Below, piece by piece: positions 1-8,905 of a stretch of DNA of 64,000 nt. The notes under the pieces are model-generated. The model did not search any database. It was not told where the DNA came from and saw only the letters and a list, made by a program, of their open reading frames with translations. The position numbers were made by a program, and so were the translations under genes. Position 1 is the stretch's first letter, and every line of letters begins with the position of its first letter. The DNA comes from a bacterium (GTDB lineage Bacteria > Pseudomonadota > Alphaproteobacteria > SP197), in the NCBI GenBank assembly GCA_028821455.1, contig JAPPGE010000045.1:17339-81338 (forward strand). The letters are read 5' to 3'.

Positions 1-2954
1 TCGATGACGGCCGTCATGTCGGGCGCGAGATCCTCGATAGTAGAGAACGCCGCGGCGCGCGCCATCACTTCCCGGTAGCCCGGCCGGGTGGCCGGATGCA
101 GGTCCGCCGCCTTCTCGCGCAGGCGCTGCCAGTCGGCGACGAGAGCTTCGAAGACTTCGGCTTCCAGTGCCGGCGGCGCGCCAGGATCGATGCCCAGGGC
201 GGCAAGGGCATTGTCCTCGACGTCGACCGCCGCCTCGAGGCGCTCGACGAGGGCCTCGCGGTCGTCGGTCAGCAGCAGGAAGTCGTCGCTCGCCCGGGAG
301 AGCTCGACGTGGAAGAGATCGCGCCCGGCGTGGCCGCCGGCCTCGAGAACGGCGATCGCCGCCCGTGCCGTTGTCCCCTGGGCGACATGGACGGTCGAGC
401 AATAGGCGTGATCGAGATGACGCAGCTGCGGATCGGATCGCCTGAGCGCGTACTGGTGGCCCTCGGCATCGCGGAAGTGGACCTTCCGCATGGTGATCTC
501 CGTGATCTCCGCCTCTCCTCCGTTGACGAGATCGGGGACCCGGCTGCGCGGTGGCGCCTGGCGGTTGCGGGTCCAGCGGATGCGTTCGCCGGCCTTGAGT
601 TCGATCCTCTCGGTATCGCACAGGCGCACGTACCAGGAGGCGTTGCCCGAGGGACGGAAGCGTCGCTGCTGGCCGTCGGGATGCAGGAGAACCACCTCGC
701 CCTCGTCGTGACCTGAGACGGTGCAGACGTCGTCCTTGAGGCAGCCATAGTGATCGCGGTGAAAGACCGCATGCAGCCCCGGCTCCCAGTTGTCGATGTC
801 GGCGGCCTCGACGCGCGTCAGGCGGCGGTCGACGAGACGGTCGACGACGAGCGTGCGGCCGTGGAGGGCGCCCTCGGCCTCGAGACCCTCGCGCACGGTC
901 CGGTTGGCCTGGCGGCGGATCGCGTGCGTGGGCGCCATCAACAGGGTCTCCCGGCGTTGGTCCGGAGCAAGATCGAGCCAGCATCGTGCGGCTTCGCTCC
1001 CCATCGCCTCGTGTTCGACCTCGCGAATGCGCCGGCCCAGCCGAGCCATTGCCGCCCCGGGCTCGCCCTCGCGGGAACGGGCGACCGCCTCCTTGAGGCC
1101 CGCGTCCTTCTGCCTCAGGACCTCCGTCATCATCGCCGTTGCCATGCCGGCCTTCTGCAGGAGACGGAAGGGCTGGCCGGCGTCGACGGCTCTCAGTTGC
1201 GCGGTGTCGCCCACCAGCGCCACGCGGGCGACACCGGCTTCGCCGGCAATGCGGAGCAGCGCCTCCATGCGCCGGGTGTCGATCATCGAGGCCTCGTCGA
1301 CCGCCAGCACCACACCCGAAAGATCCGCGCGGGCGCGCTCCAGCGCTTCGCCGTCGCCCAGATCGCCATAGCGGGCGAGAAAGGATTGCAGGGTCCGCGC
1401 ATGGATGCCGGCCTCGCGCTGGAGCACCCGCGTCGCGGCGGCGGAGGGCGCCAGCCCCAGAACCGGTCTTTCGCCCAGCAGCTCCTTCACGGTGCGCAGC
1501 ATCGTCGTCTTGCCGCTGCCGGCATGGCCCTGGACGCCGACCACGATGTCCCCGGAGAGAAGCACGGTGGAGACCGCCTCTCTCTGGCCCTCGGTGAGGC
1601 CGGCATCGGCGAGATGCGATTCGATGTCGGCGGCGAGCGCTTCGCCCTGGCCGCGCCCGCCGCGCAGCGCGTCGAGGATGCGCCGCTCCGCCTTCACCGC
1701 GTGCGCGGTGACGAAGGCGCCCTCGCCGGTGGCGACAATGTCCCCGCCGGCCGCGAGACGGGCGATGGCCGAGTCGATCTCGTCAAGCGTGTAGCGCCCC
1801 GGCGCGTGGCCCAGAGCCACGGCTCGGATCTGGGATGCTGGCAGCACCGTGCGGCGCTCGGCGATGTGGGCGACCGCCCGGGCGACGGCCTCCAGGACCC
1901 CGGTCTCCGGATCGGGCGTGATCCGGATCCTCGGACGCGGCGCCTTCTTCACCCGCCCTTCGTCGGGGAGCTTCGGCAGCGCCGGCGCCCGCCTGGTGGC
2001 GCGCACGATGTTGTCGGGAAGATCCGGGCCCGCGGTCTCGACCGGTCCCGGCGCCATGCCCTTGACGCGCTTGAGGCCGAGTGCCGCCGCCCGCTGCCGC
2101 CACGCCGGCACCAGTTCGGCCAGATCCTTCTCGCGCTTTGTCCGGCGCGTGTGGAGCGCCGCCATCTGCGCCAGCTCCGGCGTATAGGGAAGACCATGCT
2201 TCTCGAGGTGTTGGACGATCGCCCGGCGACGCCCGGAGAAGGCGTCGAGGAAGGAGCGCTCGTAGCCTGCGATCTCGAACCCCGGCGCCCGCCCCACCAT
2301 GGTGGGCGTGATCGCGATGCCGTTGGCCTGCAGGCGCCGGGCGAGTTCGTTGCGGTAGTAGGCGCCGATGAGGTTCCGGTTCCGTCTGAGAGCCGTCGGC
2401 TCGACGCTCTTCCACTGGCCTTCGGCGTTCCGGGTCATGTTGGCGATGACGCAGTGGGTATGGAGCTGCGGGTCGAGATCGCGGCTGGTCAGATGCCGGA
2501 ACCCCGCCGCCACAAGGCCTTGCGTTTTCACCCTGGGCCGACGCTTCGTCTCAGGATCCCAGCCCCGCGTCTCGATGAACTCCCTCTCGACCCAGTCGAG
2601 GGTGGCGTGGACCGCTTCGTCGTGGGCCCGGATGACCCGTCTGTCGCCGATCACCAGGCCCTCGAGCGACACCGACTTCGGCGCCGACAGCGTCAAGTCC
2701 CACCCCGGGCGGTGTTCGCGCCTGCCGTCGCGCTTGCGTCCCAGCTGAATCCCGGTTCCCGGCACCCTGCCCGAAAGCACCTCCTCGAAGCGCTTCGGGT
2801 GAACGTGCGCCTTGAGGCCCAGGGCGAGGGCCCCGGCCCCGCGCCAGAAGCTCGCCTGGCGGTGTTCGGGATCGTTCTTCGCGTAGTAGCCGTCCTTCTC
2901 GTAATAGGAGACGGCCGTCGCAGAGGACGCGAGTTCCGCGAAGCTCGCAACCAC
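1..2954 (-). CDS. TrwC/TraI-family (MOBF) conjugative relaxase fused to a RecD-like helicase, C-terminus cut by the window edge
   Basis: Absent from the ORF track because the frame has no stop inside the window. Reverse-strand translation from GTG at 2954 gives VVASFAELASSATAVSYYEKDGYYAKNDPEHRQASFWRG (TrwC-like paired-Tyr N-terminus). It also gives FRHLTSRDLDPQLHTHCVIANM (relaxase His triad, about 2436-2504), VQGHAGSGKTTM Walker A (about 1500-1539) and VLAVDEASMID Walker B (about 1270-1300). Frame checkpoints at about 40, 830, 1500, 1980 and 2440 all agree. Confidence 0.85.
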   Translation of the reverse strand, partial: MVASFAELASSATAVSYYEKDGYYAKNDPEHRQASFWRGAGALALGLKAHVHPKRFEEVLSGRVPGTGIQLGRKRDGRREHRPGWDLTLSAPKSVSLEGLVIGDRRVIRAHDEAVHATLDWVEREFIETRGWDPETKRRPRVKTQGLVAAGFRHLTSRDLDPQLHTHCVIANMTRNAEGQWKSVEPTALRRNRNLIGAYYRNELARRLQANGIAITPTMVGRAPGFEIAGYERSFLDAFSGRRRAIVQHLEKHGLPYTPELAQMAALHTRRTKREKDLAELVPAWRQRAAALGLKRVKGMAPGPVETAGPDLPDNIVRATRRAPALPKLPDEGRVKKAPRPRIRITPDPETGVLEAVARAVAHIAERRTVLPASQIRAVALGHAPGRYTLDEIDSAIARLAAGGDIVATGEGAFVTAHAVKAERRILDALRGGRGQGEALAADIESHLADAGLTEGQREAVSTVLLSGDIVVGVQGHAGSGKTTMLRTVKELLGERPVLGLAPSAAATRVLQREAGIHARTLQSFLARYGDLGDGEALERARADLSGVVLAVDEASMIDTRRMEALLRIAGEAGVARVALVGDTAQLRAVDAGQPFRLLQKAGMATAMMTEVLRQKDAGLKEAVARSREGEPGAAMARLGRRIREVEHEAMGSEAARCWLDLAPDQRRETLLMAPTHAIRRQANRTVREGLEAEGALHGRTLVVDRLVDRRLTRVEAADIDNWEPGLHAVFHRDHYGCLKDDVCTVSGHDEGEVVLLHPDGQQRRFRPSGNASWYVRLCDTERIELKAGERIRWTRNRQAPPRSRVPDLVNGGEAEITEITMRKVHFRDAEGHQYALRRSDPQLRHLDHAYCSTVHVAQGTTARAAIAVLEAGGHAGRDLFHVELSRASDDFLLLTDDREALVERLEAAVDVEDNALAALGIDPGAPPALEAEVFEALVADWQRLREKAADLHPATRPGYREVMARAAAFSTIEDLAPDMTAVI

Positions 2955-2958
2955 GCCT

Positions 2959-3372
2959 TCAGTCCGCCCGGGTCAGGGCCGCTGCGAGGCGGCGGCGCTC
3001 TTCGACCATGGTCTCGAGGATCTTCGCTTCGGTCTCCAGGGTCCGCGCGTGATCGTCGCCGTCGAGACCCCGTGACCGGGTGAGACGAGCGAGCACGCGC
3101 TCCTCGGCCTCGAGCAACTTCGGCGCATCCTCGGCCGCGGCCGTGACGCACGCGCGAATCTCGCGCAGCATCTCCAGCAACAGGCGCTGCTCCTCGGCGT
3201 TGAGCGCCGTCAGCGCCCTCGCACCGGCGTTCCTGTCGTGCTCCGCCAGCCATGCGACGTAGCCCGCCCGGGTCATGCCGCGGCGCTCCGCACGGCGGCC
3301 GAGTTCCTCCCATTCGGCATCGCGCATGGAGAGCGAGACATGGCGGTGCCCGGGACGGGACGGGCGCCTCAT
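2959..3372 (-). CDS. Ribbon-helix-helix (MobC/TrwA-like) relaxosome accessory protein
   Basis: 137 aa. Basic N-terminus, then beta-strand HVSLSM and helices DAEWEELGRRAERRGMTRAGYVAWL (RHH pattern), then a helical tail. Stop lies 4 nt before the relaxase GTG. ATGA overlap with the upstream gene. Confidence 0.6.
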   Translation of the reverse strand: MRRPSRPGHRHVSLSMRDAEWEELGRRAERRGMTRAGYVAWLAEHDRNAGARALTALNAEEQRLLLEMLREIRACVTAAAEDAPKLLEAEERVLARLTRSRGLDGDDHARTLETEAKILETMVEERRRLAAALTRAD

Positions 3373-3683
3373 CCGCCGGCCTCGCCTTCGAGCACGGCAA
3401 TTGCCTTCAATGCCGCCATCACCTCGAGATGGCTCAGGCCCTCGCCGGCCACCTCCCCCCTGGCGACGCCCCGGACCTTGTCGAGGATCTCCGTCAGGGC
3501 CTCGTGGATCTCGCGCTGTTCGCTCTGGGACAGCACCACCGGCCAGTTCACCGTGTCGTCGGCCAGGGCGAGATCGAGAACGTAGCCCGACACCGTCTTG
3601 CCCGACTTCGCCGCCTGGCGGCGCAGCAGCGCCTGCGCGTCGCCGCTCATGGAGAGGCTGCGCTGGCGCTTGCGATCCATCAT
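3369..3683 (-). CDS. Ribbon-helix-helix relaxosome accessory protein (second of three)
   Basis: I use the internal start MMDRKRQRSLSMSGDAQALLRRQAAKSGKTVSGYVLDLAL (104 aa). This ATG forms an ATGA overlap with the upstream gene's stop. The longer track ORF (3369..4049) adds only an R/G-rich shadow sequence. Confidence 0.55.
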   Translation of the reverse strand: MMDRKRQRSLSMSGDAQALLRRQAAKSGKTVSGYVLDLALADDTVNWPVVLSQSEQREIHEALTEILDKVRGVARGEVAGEGLSHLEVMAALKAIAVLEGEAGG

Positions 3684-4015
3684 GCCTTCCAGCGGTTGGC
3701 CGCTCCGGGATCGGTCAGGCGCGAGAGCGTCCCCTCGTTCTCGATCCAGCGGTCCACCGCGTCGCAGGTCTCGTCCCACACCGCGCCGGCTCCGGCCTCC
3801 CGCAGGCGCCGCTCCTCGAGGCGCGAGAGCACCAGCGTCTCGCGGATCGCGCGCCTGGTGACCTCTTCCGCCACCGGCTCCGTCATCAGCGCCCGCATGA
3901 CGACGAAACGCGAAATCTCCATGCCGCTGGCATGGGCCGCCCGGACGATCCTCTCCCACTCGGCGTCGCTTGCCATCACCGTGCGTTGACGCCGCCCACT
4001 GGTCTCGTCCGTCAT
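3680..4015 (-). CDS. Ribbon-helix-helix relaxosome accessory protein (first of three)
   Basis: Start chosen at MTDETSGRRQRTVMASDAEWERIVRAAHASGMEISRFVVMRAL (111 aa). Same basic-stretch / beta-strand / two-helix pattern as the two downstream genes. Confidence 0.55.
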   Translation of the reverse strand: MTDETSGRRQRTVMASDAEWERIVRAAHASGMEISRFVVMRALMTEPVAEEVTRRAIRETLVLSRLEERRLREAGAGAVWDETCDAVDRWIENEGTLSRLTDPGAANRWKA

Positions 4016-4282
4016 GGCTGGCGCGCCGGATGAGTGACAACAAGGGCAATCGAGGGTGTACAGTGGCAGCTGTGTAGTCGTAGTAAATCTACCATGCACA
4101 TGGTCCCGTGTTTGCGACAGAGGGCAGCCTACCGCAGCATAAGGGTGATGGCTAGTTTACTTCCCCCGCTGCAACTGACCGCGAGACATAGGGTCGACAT
4201 TGTTTATTTGCAGGGCGTGGTATCGCCTCTTGACATGCACTGTAACCTGTTGTAAAAAGGCAGGGAGTGGGGAGAATGCGCG
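4016..4282. other. A/T-rich intergenic region: candidate oriT and/or mob-operon promoter, and apparent element/chromosome junction
   Basis: Only long low-GC non-coding tract next to the relaxase operon. Contains the inverted repeat ACCATG-CA-CATGGT (4091-4104) and GGTGT-containing stretches. The nic site is not identified. Confidence 0.3.
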
Positions 4283-4291
4283 TTGCGTTTA

Positions 4292-5155
4292 ATGGTTGGA
4301 GTGATCTGTAGGTTGGAATGGGTTCTCTACACCTATGGCGGCCAGCCGGCCATACGGAACCTGACGGTGGCGGACCTCAGGGCGAACAAGGCGGCGGGCA
4401 TCAAGATGACGCAGGTCTCGGCGCTGAACGGCGAGGAGGCCGCAGCCTGCGAGGCGGTGGGCATCGACCTGATGACCATCGCCGACGTCGATATCAAGGA
4501 GGTGAGGACGGCGGCGCCGACCACCTTCGTCACCGGCAGCCAGACCATGGTGCAGTACGTCACCGAGGACGAGGCGCTCGGCGCCGCGATACGTTGCGCC
4601 GAGCAGGGCGCCGACGCGATCTATACACCGCGCGGCCTGAAGACCGTCGAGCGGCTGGCTGGTGAAGGGTTGTGCGTCCAGGGCCATCTGGGCCTGGTTC
4701 CGCGACTGTCGACACGCGTGGGCGGGCTGCGGATCATCGGCAGGACTGCAGACGAGGCCATGCGCCTGTGGGAGGACTTTCGCCGTCTGGAAGAAGCCGG
4801 CGCGGTCGCTGCCGAGGTCGAGTGCGTCGCCGTCGAAGCCCTTGTCGAGATCGGCAAGCGCAGCGGCCTTGTGACCCATTCGATCGGCGCCGGCTCCGGC
4901 GGCGACATCATCTTTTCGTTCATGGAGGATATCTGCGGCGATGTGGAGAACCCGCCACGCCACGCCAAGGCGTGGGCCGACATGCTCCCGCTGCGTCGCG
5001 CCATGGCCGCTGAGCGACTCAAGGGTCTCATCGGCTTTCGTGACGAGGTCAGGGCTGGGACGTTTCCGCACGAACCCCATCAAGTCCCCATGAAGACGGG
5101 AGAGCACGAGAAGTTTCGCGAAGCGCTGGACACGTGGCAGCCGGTGCACCGGTGA
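4292..5155 (+). CDS. Ketopantoate hydroxymethyltransferase (PanB)-family protein, start uncertain
   Basis: LTVADLRANKAAGIKMTQVSALNGEEAAACEAVGIDLMTIAD and GHLGLVP resemble the PanB TIM-barrel family. The track ORF starts at TTG 4283, and ATG 4292 is the first ATG in frame. Confidence 0.6.
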   Translation: MVGVICRLEWVLYTYGGQPAIRNLTVADLRANKAAGIKMTQVSALNGEEAAACEAVGIDLMTIADVDIKEVRTAAPTTFVTGSQTMVQYVTEDEALGAAIRCAEQGADAIYTPRGLKTVERLAGEGLCVQGHLGLVPRLSTRVGGLRIIGRTADEAMRLWEDFRRLEEAGAVAAEVECVAVEALVEIGKRSGLVTHSIGAGSGGDIIFSFMEDICGDVENPPRHAKAWADMLPLRRAMAAERLKGLIGFRDEVRAGTFPHEPHQVPMKTGEHEKFREALDTWQPVHR

Positions 5156-6450
5156 ACGACGCGGCCGATTACACGAAGACCTTCGCCGCCAAGCCCCGGC
5201 CGCTGACGCTGGAACAGGCGGCCTGGATCACGCCTCCCGCCCAGGCGACCGACACCGAAGGCATGATCGACGTGCCGCGCATGCGCGCCTGGCGCCGGAA
5301 CCGCCTGTGCGAGCAGATCGCCGCCCACGGTCTCGACGCCGTCATCCTTGTCGAACCGTTGGCGATCCGCTACTCCGCGGGCGTGCGCAACTGCACGCTG
5401 TTTCAGATGCACATCCAGGCGGGTTACCTCTTCGTGCCCGCCGCCGGCCCGGTCATCTACTTCGACAGTCAGCCGGGTCGCGAGACAGGCCGGCAACTCG
5501 AGACAATCGACGAGATTCGCGACGATCTCGTGCCGCTTTCATACATGTTTTCCGGCTACCGGCAGCAGGACATGGTGCGCACATGGGCCGCGCAAATGGG
5601 GGATCTGATTGCAAGCCACTGCGGCAGCGGCGCCAGGATCGGGATTGATCGCGCCGGCTTTCACGCAGAGCAGGCCCTGGCCGATCAGGGTTTCGCCGTG
5701 GTCGATGCAGCGCCGGTTCTCGCCCACGCCCGCAAGATCAAGTGCCCGGAAGAGATCCTCGCCATGAACCTAGCGCTGGCTGCGGCGGAGGACGGCATGA
5801 GCCGAATGCGCACGGCCTTGCGCAACGGCGTCTCGGAGCAGGAACTCTGGGCGCTGATGTGGTGCGCGCTGATCGAACAGGGTGGAGAATGGCTCGACTA
5901 TCGTCTGCTCGCCTCGGGCGAGCGGACCAATCCTTGGCAGCAGGAGGCATCGAGCCGGACGATCCGGGCGGGCGATCTTGTCGTGTTCGATTGCGGGCTG
6001 GTTGGTCCGTTCAGCTACGGCGCCGACGTCAGCCGCGCCTTCCGGTGCGGACCGGGACGGCCGAGCGACTACCAGAAGAAACTCTACACGCTCGCCTGGA
6101 ACGAGGTGATGCACAACACGCGGTTGCTGCGGCCCGGAACATCGTTCCGGGACTTCATGGCCGACCGCTATCTCCAGGAGCCCGGATTCGGCGACCAGCC
6201 CTATCCCTGCGCGGCGCATGGACTGGGCATGGCCGACGAATGGCCGGTGATTCTCCATTCCCCGGAACACCGGGATCACTACGACGGGGAATTCGAAGCC
6301 GGCATGGTGATCTGTGTCGAGAGCTATGTCGGAGAAATCGGTGGCCTCGAGGGGGTCAAGCTGGAGGACCAGGTCCTCATCACCGAATCGGGGCCGGTCG
6401 TGCTGTCGCGCTACCCGTTCGAGGAGACGCTTCTTCCCCATGACATCTGA
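5152..6450 (+). CDS. M24-family metallohydrolase (Xaa-Pro dipeptidase/creatinase-like fold), full metal site retained
   Basis: VVFDCG...YGADVSRAF, AAHGLGM, ICVESY and VKLEDQV match the five canonical M24 metal ligands. GTG 5152 gives a GTGA overlap with the PanB-like stop. The track start GTG 5134 is also possible. Confidence 0.75.
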   Translation: MNDAADYTKTFAAKPRPLTLEQAAWITPPAQATDTEGMIDVPRMRAWRRNRLCEQIAAHGLDAVILVEPLAIRYSAGVRNCTLFQMHIQAGYLFVPAAGPVIYFDSQPGRETGRQLETIDEIRDDLVPLSYMFSGYRQQDMVRTWAAQMGDLIASHCGSGARIGIDRAGFHAEQALADQGFAVVDAAPVLAHARKIKCPEEILAMNLALAAAEDGMSRMRTALRNGVSEQELWALMWCALIEQGGEWLDYRLLASGERTNPWQQEASSRTIRAGDLVVFDCGLVGPFSYGADVSRAFRCGPGRPSDYQKKLYTLAWNEVMHNTRLLRPGTSFRDFMADRYLQEPGFGDQPYPCAAHGLGMADEWPVILHSPEHRDHYDGEFEAGMVICVESYVGEIGGLEGVKLEDQVLITESGPVVLSRYPFEETLLPHDI

Positions 6451-6465
6451 GCGAGGAAACCGGCC

Positions 6466-6774
6466 ATGAGCGAATGGATTGAGGTCTGTGCTACGGGCGA
6501 CATCGACGATGAGGATCTCATTCGCTGGGATCACGATGGCCGGTCATTCGCGATCTACAACACGCAGAAGGGATTCTTCGCCACCGACGGATTCTGCACC
6601 CACGAGCAACAGCACCTCGCGGACGGCCTCGTCACCGGCACCGTCATCGAATGCCCGCTGCATCAGGGGCGGTTCGACATCGTCACGGGCAGGGCGCTCC
6701 GTCCGCCCGTCCGCATTGCCCTCGCCACCTATCCTGTCAAGGTCGAAGACGGCACCGTCTTCATCCGGCTCTGA
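6466..6774 (+). CDS. Rieske [2Fe-2S] ferredoxin component
   Basis: 102 aa with canonical CTH...(17)...CPLH Rieske boxes. Confidence 0.85.
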   Translation: MSEWIEVCATGDIDDEDLIRWDHDGRSFAIYNTQKGFFATDGFCTHEQQHLADGLVTGTVIECPLHQGRFDIVTGRALRPPVRIALATYPVKVEDGTVFIRL

Positions 6775-6839
6775 GACGGATCCGGCTCCTCGGTCTCCGG
6801 CCAGGAACCGGTTGGGCATGCGGGTCGAGGTTGGAGCGG

Positions 6840-8807
6840 TCAGCCGCCGATCGCCATGCCGGCCTTCAGCCCGTCGAGCACCGCCTCCTCCGCCGTGCGC
6901 GGCGAGAGCGCATCGCCGATCACATGTATCTCTCCCGGCCACCCGGCCAGTTCTCCGGCAAGGACCGAATCGCTTGACGTACCCTGGCACAACACCAGGG
7001 TCTCGACTTCATCGCAGATGATCGGATCATCGGTGACCGTGTGCTGCAGGTAGACGGTATCGCGGTCGGCGCCGAACAGCCGGGCGTAGGGGATGATCTC
7101 GACGCCGAGCCTGGAGATCTGGCCGATCCAGTGGTCGCGCACCGCCTCCTGGATGTTCTGACCCGGCACCATTCCGGTGACCGCGAGGCGCACGTGGCAG
7201 CCGTCCCGCGCCAGCCTTTCGGCAAGACCCATGCCGATCCAGTCGTTCTTCCAGTCCGCGACCAGCACGGAACTGCCGACGTTGGCCTCGCCCCGGATGA
7301 CCGACCAGGACTCCACCACATGGGCTTCGTCCTCGCCCTCGACTGCGGGCCGGTAGGGTTGCCCGCCCGTGGCGACGACTGCAGCGTCGGGATCGGCATG
7401 GCGGATCGCGTCCGCCGTGACAGTGATGCCGAGTTCGACTCGCACTCCCGCCAGCTCCATCTCGCGGGCGAGATTGGTCACGATGCCGCCAAATTCGGCG
7501 CGTCCGGGAAGTGACTGGGCCAGCAGGGCCTGCCCGCCGAGCCTGTCGGAGCCTTCGTAGAGAGTCACCTCGTGGCCGCGCTCGGCGAGCACCGCGGCGG
7601 CCTTCATGCCGGCCGGACCGCCGCCCACGACCCAGACGGTCCTGCGCCGGCGTGCCGGCGGCTTGACGTGGCCGAACGCGAGTTCGCGTCCGGTCTCGGG
7701 GTGCTGGATGCAGGAGACGGCGTGATACTGCAACCGATGGCCAATGCACGCCTGATTGCAGGCAATGCAGCTGCGGATGTCGTCGACTCGCCCGGCCTCG
7801 GCTTTCGCGGCGAACATGGGATCGGCGATCATGCCGCGCACCAGGCCGACCATGTCGGCCTGGCCGCGGGCGACAATGTCCTCGGCGAGATGGGGCTGGT
7901 TGATTCGCCCGGCCACGAGCACCGGAAGCGACAGTTGCTGCCTCAGCGCTTCCGCGCAGGCTGCGACGTGACCCGGCCCGATCGCCATGGGCGGGACGAC
8001 ATCGACCCAGCCTCGCGCGGTCCGCGTGTTGCCTCCGATGACGTTGACATAGTCGACGAGGCCCCGGTCCTCGAGCACCTGGCAGACCTCCAGCACCTCG
8101 CCGGATTCCATGGCGCCGGGCGTGGCGTCCGCGTCGCTGATCCTGACACCGAGGATCGGGTCGCGGCCGATGCCCGCCCGGGCGGCCTCGAGGATCTCCA
8201 CAAGAAACCGCATGCGATTCTCGAGACTTCCGCCGTAGGCGTCGTCGCGCCTGTTGATCCGGGGATTGAGAAACTGCGCGATCAGATAGCCCATGCTCGC
8301 CAGAATCTCGACGCCATCGAGTCCGCCCTCGACGATGTGGCCGGCCGCCCGCGCATAGGAGTCGACCAATTCAGCGAGCAGCGCGGGTGTCGCCGGTGTC
8401 GGCATGAGACTGTAGCGTTCGAACGGCACCGCTGACGACGAGAACGCCGGTCGGCGCGCACCGTCGATTGTGGCCCGGGCGGCTGCGCCCGGGTGAAAGA
8501 GCTGGCCCAGGATTGCACATCCGTGACCGTGAACGGCATCTGCCAGACGCCGGAAGCCCGGTACGATGCCGGGCTCGCCTGCCAGCAGGTATCCGGCGGC
8601 GATATCGAAGCTGGGATGCATCGACATGCCTTCGATGACGATCATGCCGGCGCCGCCCCGGGCTCGCGCCTCGTGATAGGCGATGAGAGCGTCCGACACC
8701 CGGCCTCGGTCGCCGAGCGACGTACCATGAGCCGGAAAGAACAGCCGATTCCGGATCCGGTGCCCCCGGATCTCGATTGGCTGGAACAGATGCGGGAAGA
8801 CCGACAT
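6840..8807 (-). CDS. OYE-like FMN domain + 4Fe-4S + FAD/NAD(P)-binding flavoprotein (2,4-dienoyl-CoA reductase / N-methylproline demethylase-like)
   Basis: N-terminal IEIRGHRIRNRLFFPAHGT (OYE-like), CIACNQACIGH...C cluster motif and VWVVGGGPAGMKAA dinucleotide fold. 655 aa. Confidence 0.8.
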   Translation of the reverse strand: MSVFPHLFQPIEIRGHRIRNRLFFPAHGTSLGDRGRVSDALIAYHEARARGGAGMIVIEGMSMHPSFDIAAGYLLAGEPGIVPGFRRLADAVHGHGCAILGQLFHPGAAARATIDGARRPAFSSSAVPFERYSLMPTPATPALLAELVDSYARAAGHIVEGGLDGVEILASMGYLIAQFLNPRINRRDDAYGGSLENRMRFLVEILEAARAGIGRDPILGVRISDADATPGAMESGEVLEVCQVLEDRGLVDYVNVIGGNTRTARGWVDVVPPMAIGPGHVAACAEALRQQLSLPVLVAGRINQPHLAEDIVARGQADMVGLVRGMIADPMFAAKAEAGRVDDIRSCIACNQACIGHRLQYHAVSCIQHPETGRELAFGHVKPPARRRRTVWVVGGGPAGMKAAAVLAERGHEVTLYEGSDRLGGQALLAQSLPGRAEFGGIVTNLAREMELAGVRVELGITVTADAIRHADPDAAVVATGGQPYRPAVEGEDEAHVVESWSVIRGEANVGSSVLVADWKNDWIGMGLAERLARDGCHVRLAVTGMVPGQNIQEAVRDHWIGQISRLGVEIIPYARLFGADRDTVYLQHTVTDDPIICDEVETLVLCQGTSSDSVLAGELAGWPGEIHVIGDALSPRTAEEAVLDGLKAGMAIGG

Positions 8808-8905
8808 GGCCGGTGTCCGTGACGTTCAGGCCGCGAGGTTGACGTGATGACACGATCGCTGCCCATTGTATACTCGGAGATGGAGTCGATCCGGGAAATT
8901 CCGCC

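Larger units (their letters stand above)
1..4282. mobile_element. Edge of a conjugative/mobilizable element: relaxase, three relaxosome accessory genes and an A/T-rich candidate oriT. The rest of the element would lie left of the window.
   Basis: MOBF-type relaxase-helicase plus three RHH genes, all on the minus strand. They are followed by a conspicuously A/T-richer non-coding stretch (about 4016-4282) before ordinary catabolic genes start. No T4CP, T4SS or integrase lies inside the window. Confidence 0.5.

Noticed and set aside
750-3083. 777-aa plus-strand ORF, and several nested ORFs, across the first 3 kb
   Set aside because: R/G/A/H-rich composition with no motifs. It is the antisense shadow of the TrwC-type relaxase frame, which shows clear relaxase and helicase motifs on the minus strand.
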